A DNA stretch of 10,142 nucleotides from assembly GCA_038740615.1 (NCBI GenBank), contig JAVYLQ010000020.1:1-10142 (forward strand), written 5' to 3'. The translations under genes and the position numbers were made by a program. Positions 7,909 through 10,142 of this stretch are shown piece by piece. Source of the stretch: Candidatus Anstonellales archaeon. GTDB taxonomy: Archaea > Micrarchaeota > Micrarchaeia > Anstonellales > J096. The notes under the pieces were generated by a model. The model saw only the letters and a program-made list of their open reading frames with translations. It ran no database searches and had not been told where the DNA came from. Positions within the stretch are counted from its first letter, which is position 1. The number at the start of each line of letters is the position of its first letter.

Positions 7909-8319
7909 TCACTCAATAGCAGAAACCTCTCTAAATTCATCGGCTATATCCAACCACCCTACAGGTAATCTCTTGACATATATGCTGTTGTTGGCTAATA
8001 ATTCAGAGATTCTTGCTGCTAATTTACCCCTATAGCAGTATATTACAATTTCTCTATCTGGATAATTCTCTCTTATTTCTCTGAATGCTCTAACTATGTC
8101 CTCATCAGACATATTTAATACTGGTATGTTGATAGCTCCTTTGATATGAGATAAGCTATAATTATAATCATCTCTTATATCAACTAGAACAAATTCTTTA
8201 CCTCTAATAACCCAATCTTTGAGCTCATCTGGTTGGATCAGGTCAGATTTAGAGAATGATGTTGAAATAAGAAATGATATGGAGATCAGAGCTAAAGCTA
8301 ATAGGATTTTTGAATTCAT
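7909..8319 (-). CDS. Rhodanese-domain (sulfurtransferase) protein with N-terminal signal peptide or anchor
   Basis: MNSKILLALALISISFLIS hydrophobic N-terminus, LVDIR, SHIKGAINIP and active-loop YCYRGKLA. Start at ATG 8319, overlapping the upstream stop (TAATG), with SD GGTGAG at 8328-8333. Confidence 0.88.
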   Translation of the reverse strand: MNSKILLALALISISFLISTSFSKSDLIQPDELKDWVIRGKEFVLVDIRDDYNYSLSHIKGAINIPVLNMSDEDIVRAFREIRENYPDREIVIYCYRGKLAARISELLANNSIYVKRLPVGWLDIADEFREVSAIE

Positions 8320-8900
8320 TAGCAACTCTCACCCACACATGCAGTCTGAGGGGAACCTGTGTATTTTCCTGGTTCAGAACCTTCAACTATGAATTTCCTC
8401 ATATCTATATCTACATCCCCCATAAACAGTTTAGGATAGTATTTCCACTCATTCCAACCAACAGCCAGTTTCCTCACATTTATCCCATTTATGGATAGTA
8501 AATATCCTATTCTGTCACCCAATCTACAGCTTGTACTTCCACAATATACAATTATCTCCTTATTAGGATTCTGCCTCACAAGTTCTCTAAACTTACTAAC
8601 TATTGTTTCATTATCCATTCCAACTACAGGAATGTTTATAGCACCAACAATATGGCCTTTTGAGTACTCCAATTCAGATCTTAGATCAACAAGAATGAAA
8701 GAATCATCCAGATTTGATATCCTATTCACTAACATATAAGGGCTAACCTCTACAAAATATTTACTCTCATAATATTTCAAGAATATTGATGTTTGATCTG
8801 ACTTTTTTACAAGTTCTACTGAAAGCAAGATTATAACCCCCAACATTAAAATGAATACTATGATTAGAGGGATTGTATAATTTGAGAGATCCAATTTCAT
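8319..8900 (-). CDS. Membrane-anchored rhodanese-domain protein with CxxxxC active loop and C-terminal CxxxxC tail
   Basis: N-terminal TM helix (IPLIIVFILMLGVIILLSV), LVDLRS, GHIVGAINIP, YCGSTSC (CGSTSC at 8526-8543), GWNEW and C-terminal CVGESC (8322-8339). Start placed at ATG 8900 from TATA spacing; the alternative is 8921. Confidence 0.88.
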   Translation of the reverse strand: MKLDLSNYTIPLIIVFILMLGVIILLSVELVKKSDQTSIFLKYYESKYFVEVSPYMLVNRISNLDDSFILVDLRSELEYSKGHIVGAINIPVVGMDNETIVSKFRELVRQNPNKEIIVYCGSTSCRLGDRIGYLLSINGINVRKLAVGWNEWKYYPKLFMGDVDIDMRKFIVEGSEPGKYTGSPQTACVGESC

Positions 8901-8926
8901 GTTTAGTAGTTTATTTAACATTATTT

Positions 8927-8932
8927 TTTAAA
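8927..8932 (-). promoter_or_regulatory. Putative TATA box for the rhodanese pair
   Basis: TTTAAA 27 nt upstream of ATG 8900, just after the ferredoxin stop. Confidence 0.45.
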
Positions 8933-8934
8933 TC

Positions 8935-9219
8935 TTATTGTACAAATTTTATCTTTATTGTTCCTGATTTGATCTTAGATACGCACATTAATCGAGGGTT
9001 TTTTGCTGTACCTGGGGGTAATGTACTTAGCGTCATACTCTCCATCTCACCAGGTTCCTCCAAATTCTCCATACCTTCAACCACATCTACTAGACATGTT
9101 GTGCATACTCCTTCTCTGCATGCAAATAAGAGATTAGTCTTACCATCAAGCTCTAGCAGTAGGGATCCATCTGGCACATCTATTGTTCTATTCTCATCTA
9201 TAATATGCACTTTAGCCAT
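8935..9219 (-). CDS. fdx: [2Fe-2S] ferredoxin
   Basis: 94 aa. C-x4-C-x2-C motif (FACREGVCTTC) plus distal RLMC, with a beta-grasp-like N-terminus. Confidence 0.9.
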   Translation of the reverse strand: MAKVHIIDENRTIDVPDGSLLLELDGKTNLLFACREGVCTTCLVDVVEGMENLEEPGEMESMTLSTLPPGTAKNPRLMCVSKIKSGTIKIKFVQ

Positions 9220-9272
9220 ATTAATTTATGATGAGCAAATGTTTTTTAAAGGATACTAAAGAACTAGAATCC
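9220..9272. promoter_or_regulatory. Divergent promoter region with central TTTAAA (9245-9250), shared by fdx and sufT
   Basis: 53-bp gap. TTTAAA is 26 nt from ATG 9219 and 23 nt from ATG 9273. Confidence 0.6.
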
Positions 9273-9611
9273 ATGGATGTCAAAGATATTAGAAAGATGA
9301 TAGTGGAGAAATTGGAAAGTGTTAAAGATCCTGAATTTGATTATAATATTGTTGAACTGGGTTTGATATATGAAATAAGATTGGATTTGGATAGGAGTTA
9401 CGGTTATATAAAAATGACGCTCACAACACCTTTCTGCCCATATGGTAATTCAATAATTAATGAAGTGAATCAGAAACTTCAGGAGATACAGGAAATAGAA
9501 TATATAGACCTTGATATTGTATTTGAACCTGAGTGGAAACCAGATTATATGGAAGAAAATCCTAAAGAAAAACTAATTGAAACAGGTGTGTTTAAGACCA
9601 CTATACCTTAG
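9273..9611 (+). CDS. sufT: SufT/DUF59 (MIP18/PaaD-like) Fe-S cluster maturation protein
   Basis: VKDPEFDYNIVELGLIYEI, MTLTTPFCPYG and FEPEW match the DPE...T-x3-C-P signature. Start placed at ATG 9273 (MDVKDIR); the ORF track begins at 9228. Confidence 0.9.
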   Translation: MDVKDIRKMIVEKLESVKDPEFDYNIVELGLIYEIRLDLDRSYGYIKMTLTTPFCPYGNSIINEVNQKLQEIQEIEYIDLDIVFEPEWKPDYMEENPKEKLIETGVFKTTIP

Positions 9612-9837
9612 AACCTACTGTAACAACTACTACATCGGCAATAGATTTTACATTCTCAAACTTAATGCTCTTCTCGTTCATTACCTGTCTAGCTCTCTCT
9701 GCAGATGATGGAAGATCTTCCATTAACAATCTAAATATAACCCCCTTTTCCATATCAATAAGAATCTCATGAACTGTCCCTAGGAATTTACCTGTATCTG
9801 TGAATATTTCCTTACCATACAGATCAGACAATCTCAT
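9601..9837 (-). CDS. PRC-barrel domain protein (archaeal CdpB-like)
   Basis: MRLSDLYGKEIFTDTGKFLGTVHEILID...IKFENVKSIADVVVV is a typical single PRC-barrel. Start at ATG 9837 with SD GAGGTG at 9845-9850. Confidence 0.85.
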   Translation of the reverse strand: MRLSDLYGKEIFTDTGKFLGTVHEILIDMEKGVIFRLLMEDLPSSAERARQVMNEKSIKFENVKSIADVVVVTVGSKV

Positions 9838-9856
9838 TTTACCACACCTCTTATAT

Positions 9857-10142
9857 TTATTTAGATTCAAGTTTCTCCTTTATAAACTTTTCTAATCTTT
9901 TGCTAACAATCTCCTGAGCTCCTAATCCAAATGCCAATCCAAAGGCTAGTGCAAATCCCAATGCAATTCCTGCAAACATCACTAAAACCACATTACCTAT
10001 TAACACAACATTAGAGTTAGGGAATATAGCTGGCATAGATACTACAAAACCCAATATTGCTATGAATGCCTGAACGACCATTGCAACGTAATCCTTGAAT
10101 AACATATCCTCTTTAGCTCTTATCTTATCAGATACTAGATCA
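9857..10142 (-). CDS. C-terminal part of a CmpX/TM-helix (mechanosensitive-channel-related) membrane protein, 5'-truncated by the window
   Basis: The frame stays open beyond 10105 to the edge (...DLVSDKIRAKEDMLFK...). Two TM segments end in ALGFALAFGLAFGLGAQEIV, the LAFGLG pattern typical of this family. Confidence 0.6.
   Translation of the reverse strand, partial: DLVSDKIRAKEDMLFKDYVAMVVQAFIAILGFVVSMPAIFPNSNVVLIGNVVLVMFAGIALGFALAFGLAFGLGAQEIVSKRLEKFIKEKLESK

Noticed and set aside
7521..9259. Plus-strand ORFs 7521-7712, 8274-8498, 8491-8739 and 8873-9259
   Set aside because: All are antisense to well-supported genes (OFOR alpha, the rhodaneses, ferredoxin).
9920..9975. Short imperfect repeats (aatccaaa/aatccca)
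   Set aside because: Explained by the coding repeat LGFALAFGLAFGLG; not a CRISPR or DNA-level repeat.
1..10142. tRNA, rRNA, ncRNA, CRISPR array or mobile element
   Set aside because: No intergenic gap exceeds about 54 bp. I saw no GC-rich structured segment, repeat-spacer pattern, transposase or integrase.

Overview
AT-rich, very densely packed archaeal chromosomal segment. Archaeal markers include top6A, an aminoacyl-tRNA-synthetase-like asparagine synthetase, a class III signal peptide, TTTAAA boxes about 25 nt before ATGs and GGTGA/GAGGTG ribosome-binding sites. The extreme compaction suggests a reduced, DPANN-like genome, which is inference only. Gene order: partial secreted protein, asnA, pilin-like protein, sufD, sufB, membrane-anchored DsbA-family protein, top6A, 2-oxoacid:ferredoxin oxidoreductase beta and alpha, two paralogous exported or anchored rhodaneses, [2Fe-2S] ferredoxin, SufT/DUF59, PRC-barrel protein and a partial CmpX/TM-helix membrane protein. 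Three highlights. (1) The DsbA-family protein is naturally circularly permuted, with the GTP cis-Pro half preceding the CPHC half, and it heads a coupled operon with sufB-sufD. (2) The Fe-S/sulfur neighbourhood has no sufC or sufS in the window but carries two membrane-targeted rhodaneses, one with two CxxxxC pairs. (3) All three divergent gene pairs are 53-54 bp apart with a single central palindromic TTTAAA, suggesting shared bidirectional TATA promoters driving leaderless mRNAs. No RNA genes, CRISPR arrays or mobile elements were seen.
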